From Trichodelitschia bisporula (taxonomy: Eukaryota), in NCBI GenBank assembly GCA_010356995.1, contig ML996692.1, forward strand, positions 1,065,933-1,129,932: a stretch of 64,000 bases of DNA, read 5' to 3'. Position numbers and translations under genes: made by a program. Below, in pieces: positions 1-15,725 of this stretch; position 1 is the first letter of the stretch, and each line of letters starts with the position of its first letter. A model generated the notes under the pieces. The model worked only from the letters and a program-made list of their open reading frames with translations. It did no database searches and was not told the DNA's origin.

Positions 1-1
1 C

Positions 2-1409
2 CTGACGTCGAACAGTCTCAAATTCACCCCCAAGGGCGGATCCGTTGTCGTCAAGATTCGCTGTACAGGAGAGACTGACCCCTCAGTCAGCCGCAAGGGC
101 TCAATGCTCTCGCGCAGCAACCACTCTGGCCGCAACTCGCGCAACCGAATCTACAGCAACAGCAGCGAGACGTCGGAGGCGCCGTCAGCGTCACGTCTCG
201 CTCCCGTCGTCGCTACCGCCAACGAAATCAACGCGCTCGAGCGTCCGGCCGGCTTGTCAGGCTCGGCGGCGGCGACAACCCGGGCTGCGTCCCCACCCGT
301 CGGTGCACGCGAACTAATGTTCGAGTGGGAGGTGCAGGATACGGGTCCCGGCGTGCCGGCCTCGTTACAGGAGAAAGTCTTCGAACCCTTCTTCCAGGGT
401 GATATGGCGCTGAGCAAGAAATATAGCGGCACGGGCTTGGGACTGAGCATCTGCGCGCAGCTCGCGAAGTTGATGGGCGGGGATATTCGCCTCCAGAGTG
501 ACGAGGGACAGGGCAGCGTGTTTACGATGCGCATTCCGCTGAAGCAGATCGGTAGCCGTGCGGATAGCACGGCCAGCTCAATTAGCGGTGCGAGGCTTAG
601 TCGAGATAGCTTCTCCGATTCGGAACGGCCGGACGACGTCAGTCCCGTGCGGCCGAACCCGAGTAAGGCCGCTGCATCATCAACGCCGAGCTTCTTCGAT
701 GCGGGGACCGAGCCGCGACTCGTTGGCTATTCAGTGCCCTTTTTTACCACAACGTCGTCACCATCGGCGGAGCCATCTGAAGGAGAGAAGGCGGCGCAGC
801 AAGCAGCGGATGATGCGGAAGCGGCGGACGGGCGGGCGTTGAAGATCTTGGTCGCCGAGGACAATAAGATGAACCAAGTGGTGGTGTGTCGGATGCTAAA
901 GCTGGAGAAGATCTATGACGTCAAAGTCGCCGAGGGTGAGTTTCGGGTCTTTCCTTTGCGCCTTTGAAACACTGCTAACAACCACAGACGGCGCCCGGGC
1001 TCTGGAAATGGTCAAAGACAGCATGGCCACCCACAACGAGTACGACCTGATCTTCATGGACGTCCAAATGCCCAACATGGACGGGCTAGAAGCCACGCGG
1101 CTCATCCGCACCGCCGGCTTCCGCGGACCCATCGTCGCGCTCTCCGCTTACTCCGACGACACCAATGTCAAGGGATGCCACGACGCCGGCATGGACGACT
1201 TCGTCTCCAAACCAATTCAACTTGCGCGGCTCAAGCTCGTGCTCAAGACTTTCTGCTCGCAGGAGTACGAGGCGAATCGCGTGTCTGCCGGCGGCGTAAC
1301 CACACCGCCTGCCACGACACCGGCGGCCGCGGGCGGTGATGGGACGAGTAGTCCGAGGAGACGCACGATGAGCGGCCCTGGAAGTCCTGGAATATCGCCG
1401 CTGAGCTAG
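2..1409 (+). CDS. SLN1: Hybrid two-component histidine kinase, SLN1/TcsB type (5'-truncated by the window; HATPase and receiver domains)
   Basis: N-box NSLKFTPKGG, DTGPGV, GTGLGLSIC and GQGSVF motifs; receiver ILVAEDN...DLIFMDVQMPNMDG...SKP. Intron 936-987 (GTGAGT...CTAAC...CAG) joins AE|DG. Confidence 0.88.
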
Positions 1410-3207
1410 GGGACTCGTAAAGAGAGGAGGTTCTTTACGTTTTTCGGGATACCCTGGCGTTTTTCTTTTTTTTTTGGCGGTTGAAGCGATATTTGTGTGA
1501 GTAACCGAGCGTTGTACATACCTGCATACTGAGCGTTTTTTGCCGGAGGAAGGGCTGATGGGACTGGAAATGGAAAGGGAGATGGTCAGCATACGCACGT
1601 GGGGGTTTTTTCTTTTAAAGGGTTATTCTTGTCTGGCGCTTGGGAGGAGGGGTTGTTGCTCCACGGAGGCTGTTTTTCACAGGCCAATCTTTTTTTTTTG
1701 CATCGTTTACCTTCACGCACACAAAATGGGAGGGGGTTTTTTTTTTAATTAGTCGGTAAACGACGGCGGGGATTTTTGGGTTCGGCGTCTCGGCGGGGCG
1801 ATGGGGGGATTCCGCCTGCTTTGCTTTTCCTTACTGTGGAGAGGGAGGGGGTGGGGTGGGGATGCTGCCGTTGTGTACATGGACGATGTGAGGGGAGGGG
1901 GAGGGGGAGGGGGAGTAATAGGTGGTGATGGAGTTGATGAAAAGTTAGGAGTGGGGTGGGAGCGGGTGCCCCCGAGAAGGGTGTATAGTACGATATGCAT
2001 GCTGCTCCTCGCTCGAGCTGCTGTTCGAACGGGGTAGATCGAGGACATGTTTGTCGTGATTTTGATAACGTGCTAGTTCTAGCTCCCAGCCGGATATCCT
2101 TCAGGGCCATCGGCTAGTGAAGATACGCATAGCGCTTGAATATCACGATGACATGATACCCGAGCGGCCGAAAAGCACCACGCCCCCGAAGTCCGAGTCC
2201 AGGTGTGTATGACTTTTATAGAACAATCCGCCCACCCAACCTCCCGCAGTGAGCCCATTCCATCCGATTCATCAAACACTACATCGTCAGAACACCACAC
2301 CACGCCACGCCACGACAACCAGGGACAGTTCAGAGTTCAGGGGGTAGGTAGGTAGGTAGGTAGGATAGCGGCTGTACAGGGGGCGGAGGTCGGGCCGGTT
2401 AGACGCCAATGCAAGAGCTGCGAGCCGGTAACTCGACAAGAAAGGCGATAGCCGACAGTCAGATCCAGAGTCCAAGGCCGAAAAACCTGGATGCTTGAAT
2501 CCACCCAAACGCCCGACCCAGAACCACAACCTCACAACCCCCCCCCTAAACCCTCCCATCACTCAAACGAACCTCACCATCGCCGCCACTCCATCTCCAC
2601 AAAGGAAACAAATCCCTAGCCCAGAACACCTAGTAAGGCCCATTTGCCCCGCGAAAAAAAAAGCAACATTAAGGACTTTCGAAAAAAAGGCGGGGAAAAC
2701 GTCGGGACCCAAACGCCGCAAAAACGCCGCCGATTTAATGCTTGCTAGTCGTTAAGGTATTTCCGCCGCCCTTGTCCCGCGCCCTTCCCTGCTCCATATC
2801 AACCCTTCCGGCGGAAAATGTGCATGTCGTCAAAAAGCGCTGAAAAAAAAACGAAGAATCGATGATTTGCGTGACCTGCGTGCTGTTGCGGTGTGTGGGG
2901 GATGGTGAACTGGGGAAACACGTGTTATGGATAGGCGAACATGTGGGGTAGGGAATTTGTGTCGGCAAGTGTGTGTGGTCGAATTCCCCATCACCGATCC
3001 CCAAATCAACCGAGTCCGCAGGCGAAAAGAAATGCAAGAGTGAGTGTCGTAAATTAGGAACCGGGTATGCGCTGGTAGCCAGGAGGGGTCGCGAGATCGG
3101 GTAGTAGGGTATGAGGGTATTTGAAAATCGTGTCAACATGTCTGGAAACTTGGGGTAGTAGGAGAGCGGCTCGGAACGCAGATGGAGACGACAGGCGTAA
3201 GCTGTCA

Positions 3208-4509
3208 CTAGAGGATGCCAGAGTCTTTCAGCGCATTCTGAAGGATCGTTTCCTTTACTGCTGCAAAGACGAGTCGAATATTCGAAGTATCCGTGGCTTG
3301 GGTAAGACTACTTTGGTTAGCTGCATTCTCAGCAAGTGGTGAAATAACATACTGAGGATAGAGGTTCAAATGAGCCCGGTTCACCTGGTTGAAGCGCCAG
3401 AGCAGGTATTTCGCAGCACGGTTGACATCGTTACCACCAGAGTAGTCCGGAAAGTAGTTGCTTAACGGTGACCGCGCAAGCTTTGATTTGAAGAGATCAA
3501 CCTTGTTCAGGAACAAGATGATACTTGTCCGCATGAACCACCGTGAGTTCACCACCGAGTCGAACAGGACTAAGCTCTCCATCATGCGGTTCTGATTGGT
3601 CAATTAGCGTGCTGATCATTGCCCTCCCAGCGGTGACGTACCTGACTGCTCTCTTCCAAGAGAACTTGATCGTACTCACTCAGAGCGACACAGAAGATGA
3701 TAGACGTCACATTCTCGAAACAGTGTATCCATTTCTTGCGCTCGCTTCGTTGGCCTCCAACGTCAAACATGCTATGTGTTGTCAGAGTTGCCTTCAACCA
3801 TGAAAACGTGATGACATACTGGATACTCAGCTGGCCCATGGTAAAGCGCGTCTCGTAGATACCGGTAGTCTTGGTACGCGCACGCAGGACGTCCGCTTCC
3901 TGTGGCGTGTAATCTGGGGATGCGATGCGACCAACCTCTTCAAAGAAGCTGTGCGGGTTAGCGAAGCGGCGACCGCAAGTGAGCCTACGTACTATGGTGC
4001 AGAATCCATCAGGTAGAACTCGCTTGACCGCTCCAACACCTTGGGAATAACGGGATCGCGCCATACCGAGCTGACCGCCTGGCCCACGCGCATATCCAAA
4101 GGCTTCTCCGGATCAGGGTCCACCGAGTAGTCCATGAGGTAATCACAGTATTCGTTGTTGATCTCACGCTCAGGTTCCATTTCAAACTGGCGCATCGCAC
4201 CGATGAGGGCCTTTGCGCAATCGATGACGTTCTTGTATATGGTCAGGCGGTACATCTGGAGCTCTTCCGTTGAGTAGCCGTTCTGATGGATGATCTTCAT
4301 CTGCTTGACAATCGTAGACTTGCCGCTCTCACCAGACCCTGCGCACATGTTAGCGGCTGATGCAGGTACCCGTAGATATCCATACCTAGCAGCAAGATCT
4401 TGCACTCTCTTCGGAAGCGTCGTGAGTCCTCCTCCAGCCTCTTATCTATCGCCTGGCTGCGCTTCTTCTGTTCAACATCCTCATGGTTGGTGCTCATGCA
4501 AGCGCCCAT
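3208..4509 (-). CDS. ganB: Heterotrimeric G-protein alpha subunit, fungal class III (GanB/GpaB/GNA-3 type), 5 introns
   Basis: N-terminal MGACMS acylation motif, [10 protein letters not shown]-loop, [25 protein letters not shown]-terminus NALKDSGIL; canonical GT-AG introns join the ORF fragments. Confidence 0.95.
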
Positions 4510-7500
4510 TTTGCGTCGAAGTTATACCGAGCCGAGCTCAGCGACGTCAGGTGTGAGGTTGGGGCAGCTCCGACGGTTAGCGACGGTCGCAGTGGCGAGG
4601 ATCGAGCGGTTGGGCGCAGCGGCCACAGCTGCAGGGACGCAGCAGGGCCGGAATAAATTCAAGAAGGAACAGTGCCAGAAGTGGACCCAATAGAAGACAA
4701 AGGGGTCTTCGAGGTTCGATGGTTGCGTATTGGGTGTGTTTTATTTGGGGTTGGAAAAAAGGTGTTGGTGTTCAAAGGTGTAGAAGGTGGAGGGGTGTTG
4801 GTGGAGGTGCTCTAGAGAAGGCGGTCGAGCTCAGCCCCAGGGAACCGTGGCTGTATCCAGCAAGCACCAAGAAGTAAGGGCACAACCAACACAAGAGGAG
4901 ATGGGACGATATGTTTTGTCTGAAGCGGGAAAGGTTGAATTGCCGTCGAGTGGGGTGGTGGGTGATGTGCGCGCGCGACGTCAACAAAGGGGGACCTTGG
5001 AGGAGGGGAAGAGAGTCGCCGGATTTGACGTTGTTGCGTTGTTGGGAGAGCCGCAATCGTGTGATGCGCGAGACCTCAAGCAGTTCAAAGGCCAGACAGC
5101 AGTGCCTGAGGGAAGCAAAGGGAAGCCGACCCTCTCAACACAAGTGTGGAGAGACGAGAGCGAAAGACAAGAGAGAGAGCGGTTGGGGCCACCCAAGCTG
5201 GTTTCGTCCAGTGTCTGTGCACTCACAACTCACGGCCTTGCGAGTCGCGACAGCTGCAATAATCCTTGGGGATGATCGTCCGAGCACGAAGACCAAAGCC
5301 GAGCGTATGCGTTTGCTTGTGTGTGTGCGCGCTAAGTAGTCTGTCTCTGTCCGCGTCTTTTCGCCGTGTGTTCTGCGGGTGTCTCTCCGTATCTCTCGAG
5401 CTCTTTTCCCTCTATAGCTGACGTGGGCGGGACGGTGCGCGCTGCGCGAAGATGAGTTGCCTTCCGGGTCCGGGTCCGGCGCGGAGCGGCAATGCAGTCT
5501 TGGGACCAACAAGCGATCAGGCACTTATTTGATGAAGACAGAGAACGAAGGGAGAAGGGAGTAAGGGAGTGTCGCGCGCGCCTTGGGATAGCCGATGGAA
5601 AAATTAGAGGATCACGCAGACGACGATTGATGAGGTTGATGGAGGTCGGGTGTGGGCGATGGGAGAGTTTCTCTCAACTCCAGTCCGAGCGGGATGATGA
5701 TCGGAGGTGGAGGCGGAGGCGGCGTTCCCAAGTGTAGCGGATTGCGGAGGAAGCAAAGGCGCAAAAAGGGCCACTGGGGCCAAATGGGGTGACTGGGGTG
5801 CGATGGCGGGTGGACCGTGGACTTTGTGGAGGGGAAGGGGAGCTAGGGGGAAGAGAGAGTGAGAGTCTGTGTGTGTGAGTGAGAGGCCAACGTGGGAACT
5901 CAGTGGGAGAACTTTAGGGAACTTTGCGGGCCACGACAGCCACACACTACAGTTACCCCAATTAATCCTCCCAAGGCGGAATGATGGGCCGGACGTGAGC
6001 GTCAAGAGGCGTTCGTCGCTCAAATGGACATGGACAATCAGACGCCGAGAGACGAAACAAACGCGCGATGCATTTTGATGAAATGCAAGAATGAGGCTAC
6101 AGTCGCCTGTTGTATACATGTATACGGATACTGAGTAAACAATAGTTCTATCCTACGGTACTGGTCTACATCTTACTTCTACCTCCTTCTGCAGCGCGTC
6201 TCCCCCTCCTCTCCACGGTTGATGGGGGTCTGGAACAGGATTGTCCGGCTGCAGAGAAATGGGCTTTACGGGCCTGTTGCCGCCTTTGCAAGCCTTTTAC
6301 GAGCTGAATGGGACCTGCTGCCGTTGGAGCTTGTGACGGTTGAATCGTAGCAGCAGCAGTAGCTCGAACTATAAGGCCAACCCAAGATTGAATACCTTTT
6401 ATTCCACTCTCTAGCCCAGAATCCAGAGCAGACAGTTTGAAGCCGAACACACACCCTTCATTATGCCACGTTCTGCAGGCATTTACATATTGCTTGCAAT
6501 TATATTCCAAACAGCGCATTTGCTCTGCTGCATCCCCGGCTAGGCAGCTCCGCATGGGGGAGCAGTGCGAGGTCCGGAGTAGCTCGATGCGCTAGGACGA
6601 GATGGTCTGAAGGCTGGAGTTCAAGCGCGCAACAGCTCAACGCGCCCCGCCAACTTGGCGGTGATAGAGTCGTTCAACCAAGGGAACCATCCTCCTCCCT
6701 AGTACAGTACGTAAGAACGGCTTCTGGCCCATCCTATCTTACCGACTTGCGGACGAAGAATGCGTTGTTGACTTGACGCCCACGTCAAAGCAAATCACGG
6801 ACTATGCTCATACAGTACATCGATCCAATCGCGGGGGACCTACTTGCACGCGTCAAGTTTCCAGCGCCGCCTGAAACAATAGCTGCCGAAGCGACATCCG
6901 CCCCCCCTCCCCATCTGCATCGAACTGCAGTTCAGAATGGAATGCTGAACGTACCGCCTATAGCACGCGAGGGCCGGCCGACGGAATCCGTCCCCAGGTC
7001 GACGGTCGTGGTTGACCGCACCCGGATGTCTCAAACGGTGGTTCCGCAGGTCATCCCTTGCGGCAACGGCACCACCGAGCTTGGAGTTCAACGTTTAAAC
7101 ATTGGATGGCTCCCTACTACTACGTACAGGTAGTTCCCATAGTTGATACCCGCGCGCCGCTCTTTGTTCCTCACTGGCCCAACGACGCCCAATCCGGATC
7201 CTCCGAACAAGGGTTGAACCTAACCGTAGCGTGGCAGCCCGCCGCGGCCGGTGCACAGTCTCGTTTTAAAGCCTATCTTGCTGTCCAAGCTTCGCTCACC
7301 GAACATATTAGGTGAAATTCCTCCTGACGTCGTCTGGAATTTGAGATCCCTTCTGAACCAGGGATTCGGATTGTGGGGAAGTGGATAAAAGACCGCTAAG
7401 CCGCCTACCGTACTGTAACCCTCGGAAGGCAAGATCCATCTTCCATCTCGGGTTGCGCGCCGCGGCCTGGCATATCATTTCCTGCCTCGGAAAGGATTCT

Positions 7501-9960
7501 ATTGTTGAGTCCTCCTGCTGCGGACCCACAGTGGTATTCTCCACAATCCTCTGCCCAATTTATGCCACGAGGTCGGAGATTCCCGCAAAGCGTGGCCTTG
7601 GGTCATGATGAGCGTCGCACATTCGGTCGTGCGCACTCGCTTGCAGCTGGTTGGCGCTCGCCTCTTTGACAGCTGCAATAATAGCGGTCGCAAATCCAAA
7701 GGCATGCTTAATCGGGAGTTCGGTATTCAGTTGTCGCTGCCGTGCAGACCGCAAATATGCCAGCATCCGCAGACCCGCTGCTTGCATATTGCACTAGATC
7801 TGATGGGGAAATATGGACCCCTCTTTTTAGCCTCTATTAATTTTCAGGAACCTCGGGGTTTTTCGTTTCGGTCGGGAAGTTTCGTCGAAAGCCATCGCCT
7901 AAACCCCCGATAGGGTTGGGCCGTTGCGGCTGTGGATGGAATGCAGGCAATATTTATCTGCAGCGCAGTTCCGGGTACAGTGCCTTCGCCATGAATCCCA
8001 TCGTCCTGCGGAAATTGGCGGTCAGAGTGAACTTCAGATGCGGGGCAAATGGAGACAATGGCTGCTTCATGCTTGCCATGTATGCCACACACAATACTGC
8101 GATGCGCGCCGCCAAGTGCGATTTATGAACCGGCAAAGTTTCCAATCGGGAACTTCATTATGAACTACCAGGTGCTGAGATGTTCTGAACCCTCATTCGT
8201 TGGCCGAACGAACTGGAAGTGCTCGCTCACATTTTATGTACGCCGATAGGATTTAGGCTGTGGGCTGGACCACGCGCGAGTACGACATGGTGCGTCGGCG
8301 TCTAAGAGCGTGCAGCCACGGGCTGCAACTATGTTGCCCCTCGTGAGGCACAGTCACGAGGGAGGTTATAGGATCCCGGAGACGGCTGACTTGTAGTTTT
8401 GAACTAGCTGCCAGGCATATTTGAGAAAGGCATGCTGATGCTTTCTAAAAAGCGCATATCTTCCACCTAGATCTCGATCGTCAGCATCCGGCGCTGTACG
8501 ATCCGAGACACGTGGGGGACGTTGTGAGGAGCTCCCATGCTGTGTACTTGAAGACCCTTCGTACCGTCAAACGATTGAACACTCAGTAGTGTAGCTCTGT
8601 CTGCCTGCCCACAACATCGGCCGACACTTGCACCTTTGAGACACTTTGGGCCTGCGTCCCGAAGACATGACGACCAATGCCTGTCGTGAAGCAAGCCACT
8701 ACCATTACCTTTTAACCCAATCTGGAGGCACGACATAAAGTGGTAAGGGTGGGGAAAGGGATGAGATGCGGAGAGGGGTAAAAGGGCGACGGGGAGCTGA
8801 GCCCCGAGGGGGTTGGGTAGGTCGTAGGTCACCTCGCAGTGTGCCGAAGCCCACGGGGCACAGGATTACAGGATGGGGTCGTGAGAGAGGAGAGCGGGCA
8901 AAAGAGTGAGAATACCCCGGTACTACGGTAGACGCCTTTTCAGTGAGTGACGGGGAGGGAGAGGGGTGCTTGGGTGAGATGGACAAGTGTTGCATGTGCA
9001 GGTGCAGTGAGCGAAAAAGGGAAGACGATAGAATGGGAAGGTGGGGAGGGGTGGGAGGGGAAGGAGATGAATGACGTACGCCAAGACAAATGCGGGTTGC
9101 AGAGGCAGCGGCGGGTCGAGGCGCGAGGGAGAGGGAGAGGAAATGGGCAAGGAACCAGTAGAATTGGTTAAACTCGCCCTCTGAGAGAAGCCCTTTCCAG
9201 CTTGCCAGCTTGCTTGCTATTCCAGGTTTCCCCACAGGTGCAAAGCAAGTACACACACTCTTCCCATTACCTTGGAGTCCGGCCCTATCCTCAGAGCCCC
9301 GCGACTCTAGAAAAAAGCCACTCCCCCTCTTTGCGTACTACAAGAATCAAGCTCGGCGCAACCCCCATCACTCTTCCCCCCCCACCCCTCGCCTCCCCAC
9401 TTACACTACCCCTCCCCCCAAAAGCCAACCCCCAAACCCTCAACCAAAAAGCACCCCTCCCCAAAAAGAGAACCCCCCCAAACCCCAATCTGATCCACCG
9501 ATCATCACGAAGGGAGATCATCGCCGTTCGGTTTAGTCAACTTCGTTCCTCTCCCGCTCCATAGCTACGTCTCCTGTTCGTCCACTCTCCACCTCGCCGC
9601 CTCTCCCGGATCGATCGGCGACCTATCCGGCATTCCGCTCTCCGCCGTGTACCATCTCATCGACTCCTGTCCGCCATAGTTCAACTACAGCTCGATCCAA
9701 ACCTAACCATCGTCTTGCGAGTACAGCATCATCTCGCTTCTCGGCAGTAACTGTATCGTCCCTTAGCATCCCGCGAAGCGAACGTCTGTCCATCGGACTC
9801 CACTTTGCCACCCATCGCCACTTCCAAACTTGACCGCTTGTCGATTCGAATCGCAGCACAATTGATTCGCAGACCATACTCCACTCTTTGATCGAGTTCT
9901 GAACCATCCTTCGCACGCCGTCACACTCGAACAATACACAGACCCTTCATACCAGGCATA

Positions 9961-11440
<1,480 letters not shown>

Positions 11441-12114
11441 GCGAGTTTTGATGCTGCCTAACGGGACGGTAGGTATTGCGCGCTAAGGGTTGTTATCGTT
11501 GAAGGTCTTCCTTTCGGGTGTCTGGGTTGGTTGGATGCGTGCCCCGACGCGCCTTTGAGCACACAGGATAGCGTGTGCGGTCAGAATGCCACATATTGTT
11601 CGGCGCTGACTCGGCTGGCGATGGGTCGGGTGGGAGAAAAGGGATATCTCGGGTTTGAGTGGCCTAATCGAGGGAAAGGGGTAGGTCTGTCGTAGCCCCG
11701 TTCTGAAGCTTTCTGCTGTATTAGATTATCGAATGCCCTCATAGCGTGTTGCTTGCCGTACCCGTACTTGTTCCACCACAAACGCACTCATGACTTGAAC
11801 AGCCCGAGCGTTTTGAAGTGTCAGTGTCATCACGTATATCACGAATCAACTGTAAAGTCATCTTTAGCACCCTCTCCTAATTCGTTTCGTGGGTGACTTG
11901 AAGGGCCGCTGGTGTCACCTCACTGCCAACCGGCTATTGACCGGAATGAGAGTAGCGGGGCCCATAGGGCTGAACAACACTTCATCACTGTGCACCCATC
12001 CCACTCGCGACGGCTTCAGGAAATTATTCCACACCCACGATTTTCAATTGCAAAGGTTTAGATTAGTATGGCTTCGCTATTCTTATAGCGAGGACAGAAC
12101 TCTGAAGCTTCATT

Positions 12115-14920
12115 ATGGCTCCTGTGCGCGCGCTCTTCAACCCGATTGTCTGTATTGTCGGGTTCCATCATGCCCGGTGAGTCGCCTCCCGCTGTTTGCT
12201 GGTCGAAACGCGAAACACTAACTCCGTTGATAGAGGTCCCGAGGTCGAGACATGGATAGGCGTCGAGGAAGGATCCGATCCCGCCACTGAGAACGAATGG
12301 CCGCTGCTGCCGTTCATGGCGCTGTCGGACGGTGCCCACGCGTATGCAGCCCGCCTCCTCCACCGCCAGCACCACTGGCATTGCGTCCCTCTTCCACATA
12401 CCCACGCGCGATATATGCTCCCGGACGTGAAGCTGACATGGCACGGATAGAGCAACTGAGGACTTCTCCTACTTCACGCTGCGACATGAAGCTGCGGCTG
12501 GACGACCGGCGACGTCATTGTTCGGCATATCTTGCACAAGGCAGCTCGACTCGGTAGAGCTGATCAATCGGCCGGCGGAAGTGACGAGATCGACAGTGCA
12601 GAAAGCGGTGGTGGTCATCTCGGATAGTCCGCAGTTCTTTGGGCAGTTGAAAGAGAAGCTGTCCATCGTGACAAAAGCTTGGTTCGCGCAGAGGTACGGA
12701 TTTGTGAGGGTAGCTGGGGACTTTCCATGGACATTTCTGATAAGGGCAGGGACTTTACCGATTTGGTTATCTTGAAGGTAAGAAAACGGTTGCGGAGTCG
12801 GGACATACATTGATGGTGTACAGGATTTCCAAGAGAGCCTGGTGAAGAGCTTCAAGGACCAAGAGGATGAGAAAGACCAATTCTTCGGTATGTTGTCCTT
12901 AGATGACCTTGATATCGATTAATAGGGAGTAGGTCTTTCCCTCCGGGAGCTGATCCACGAGTTTAAATACCAGACTCTGGTTCTGTTCAAGTGTCTTCTC
13001 CTCCAGCCAAAGGTTCTTGTTCCATCTCGCCCTATCTGAGCCTTCTCTTACTCTATTGCAGATGCTATTCTTCGGCTCGAATTGCGAAAAGCTATGCATG
13101 ATGCAATTTTCACTCATTTCGCTGATCCCCGGCCTCATACGCAACCTCCAGGACTGCGCAGATCCCCAGTTCAACTCGTATGAGGAGAATCTCGTCATGC
13201 CGACCTCTCTGAAGACTAGTGAACGTGCTTCACGTAGGTGTAAAGATCCTCTTCCTCTTTGTATCAACTGACTGTTACAGTCCTGTCCTATGTCGGATTG
13301 CCTCTGCAAATATTTGGAAAAGTTGGTACTCTCATTTCTGACCACTCGCCTACTTACATCTTGCAGGGAAGCCTGTTCGGCCCTTATACACCTTTACAGC
13401 AGTTGGACATGCTGGCGGACCATGACACTAAATCCTATGTGATCGGCTCGACTAACTCCCTCCTGCTCGCTCAAAAGGACCGGTACAGCGACATTTTGAT
13501 CAATGTATGCCAAGTCACTCACGCCGTCTCGCTTCTATGCTGATAAGCCGTAGCTCGACGAAGATATGATCACATTTTCTTCACAGCCCTTGCGCGCGGC
13601 TCTCACGCTCACTGTGCCGGACAGGCGCTGGATCGACTTTCTGACCCAGACCGTCAACGAAACCTGGGATGAAGGTATCGCCCGCTCATCCGCCATACTG
13701 AGACTATCCTCGTATACTAATTGTTTGGTAGCGAACCCAAGCCGCCCAAAGACTCTAGGCTACGCTGGAAGTGAAGAGTTCATCCGCCTGCAGTTCGAAG
13801 AGTACATCCTCGCCCTGATTTCGGCAGTAAAGTATCGCCAGTATGTCGAGACGCACAAGGATGACCCTAAAGCCTTGATTCACGAGATCGGTAGGTTGGC
13901 TTCGGCTCACACCAGCGACTTAGTGTAGACGCTAATGGAAGTAACCCAGAAGGCGACCCTGCGAACGAGTTCGGGGTCGAATGGGTCAAGGCGTGGATGG
14001 CCACCGAAAATTTCCGGATCTTCAATAAATTCACCGGTCAGTCGATCAGCTTGCTTACATAATGACTCAGCACTCATTTCTGTAGATTCCCACATCTTTG
14101 ACATCGTGGAGCCGAATCACCCCTGTTCGGGAGGTCTGACGATTGAGGACGTCCAGCGCAGATTGGCACAGTAAGTTGACCTTCAGTCTGTTACTATAAG
14201 TAACCTAATCGCCTGCCATAGACAAGTCTCAGAGCTTCACCTCGACGAGCGCCTCAACAATAGCCGTGAGGTCATTGGCAAGCACCTCGCTACCAGCCAA
14301 AAGAAGGTGTCTACTGCTTTCAACAATTTGTGGGCTGATATCGAGACAATGCGCGAAGCTCAACGCCAACGAGCCGTGGAACAGCGAGCCGCAGCCGCAG
14401 TTTCAGGGGAGACGAGTTCTACACCGAACGGGCGAGCTTCAGGACAAAATTCTACGCGATGTTTGTTCTCCGCTTCCCATAGGCCTTTTGGCATTTGGCT
14501 AATCACTCCGTTACAGTTTCCCGTGCGCCCGACCTTTCCCAGGCCCAGGCAACAGTTCAAGCAGCGTCTTCGCGTGCCGGAGCTTACCTCTCTTCTTGGG
14601 GTACCTGGGCATCCGAAAAGCGCAAGACAGGCTGGAGTCGAACGGTTAGCACTGGGAGTTCTGCTGGTGGCTCGACCGTTACAAACTCACCCTCGATTTC
14701 CGCGGGCCTGGCTTCGACTGTCGTGGTGGCAGCACCTGCTATACCACCTGCTGTTGACCCAAAAGTTGCGCGTCAGTCTGAGGTGCAAGCGGAGGCGGAG
14801 GCGGAGGCTGAGCTGTTCGACGTAGCCAGTAGTAAGCCTGGAACCAGAGACGGGCCGGACAGCCCTGAAAGGAAGAAACACGATGGTGCTGAACCACCAA
14901 CTGCACACGGCGGATTGTGA
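12115..14920 (+). CDS. AVL9: AVL9 late secretory pathway protein (DENN-like), multi-intron
   Basis: Spliced product MAPVRALFNPIVCIVGFHHARGPEVE...LPFMALSDGAH...LFGISCTRQ...RSTVQKAVVV...YTPLQQLD...GSEEFIRLQFEEY matches Avl9 family motifs. Confidence 0.92.
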
Positions 14921-15571
14921 GGAGCAGGAGACTCCTTCAGCGCTGTTTACGGCCGCAAGATATGAACGGTTTATCTGGCAGCGGGTATCTGAAGTTCGAA
15001 GACCGCTAATTGCTATTTCTTCTGCGCAGTGGCGGTACTTTGCGAGTATTATAACATGGCAGTGGCTTCGTATACTGACGGCATAGGTTGCTCTGTACGG
15101 AGATTGCGCGGGTTTGGAGATGGGTTACGAAAGCTGAATGTCCTCATGCCCGTTATGACCTAGCATTAGGTATCGAGATATAATGCCACAACACAAGTTC
15201 GGATGCTGTGCGGTGGGTCTATTGAACCAAGTGGTCGGGCTTCGGCCTGCCTCTAATCTGGGGAGTAAACATACTGTTGCGTTACTGATCACAGTTGATC
15301 CGATATTTAGCCTGCCAGAACGCGTGAAGCCGACCTCGCTTCCTGGATACATCCTGTACGCCAAGTATTCGGCCCCCCCGGCGTACGCGGGTAGCTAGCA
15401 ACACACCCAGTTTCCACCTGTGAGGAGGCGATAACCCACGCCTATGAGCTTCCTACTCCGGTAGGATCGTCAATTAGCTCAAGATAATAGCTCCTTCTCG
15501 ACGTCCTTATCCTGACCGGTGCTAGCATGCGATTGCGTTCTGCATGCAGAATGTTGCATTAGGCAACAACA

Positions 15572-15606
15572 ATGGATATCATGGATGGATATCATGGATG
15601 GATATC
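15572..15606. repeat. 13-bp tandem repeat (ATGGATATCATGG x ~2.7) upstream of the ABC pseudogene
   Basis: Directly visible in sequence. Confidence 0.8.
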
Positions 15607-15725
15607 CCATAAATTGTGCAAAGAAGAGCGCTCCTCCGGCCCCGAAATTCCATTCCTGGATCTCTCATCTGTGGGGAAGTTTTTCTGACTGACATCGCAT
15701 CTTTGCGACACCTTGGACAACCGCA

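Noticed and set aside
2343..2362. (GGTA)n, plus (TC)n at ~27567 and poly-G at ~29692
   Set aside because: Ordinary microsatellites or homopolymers.
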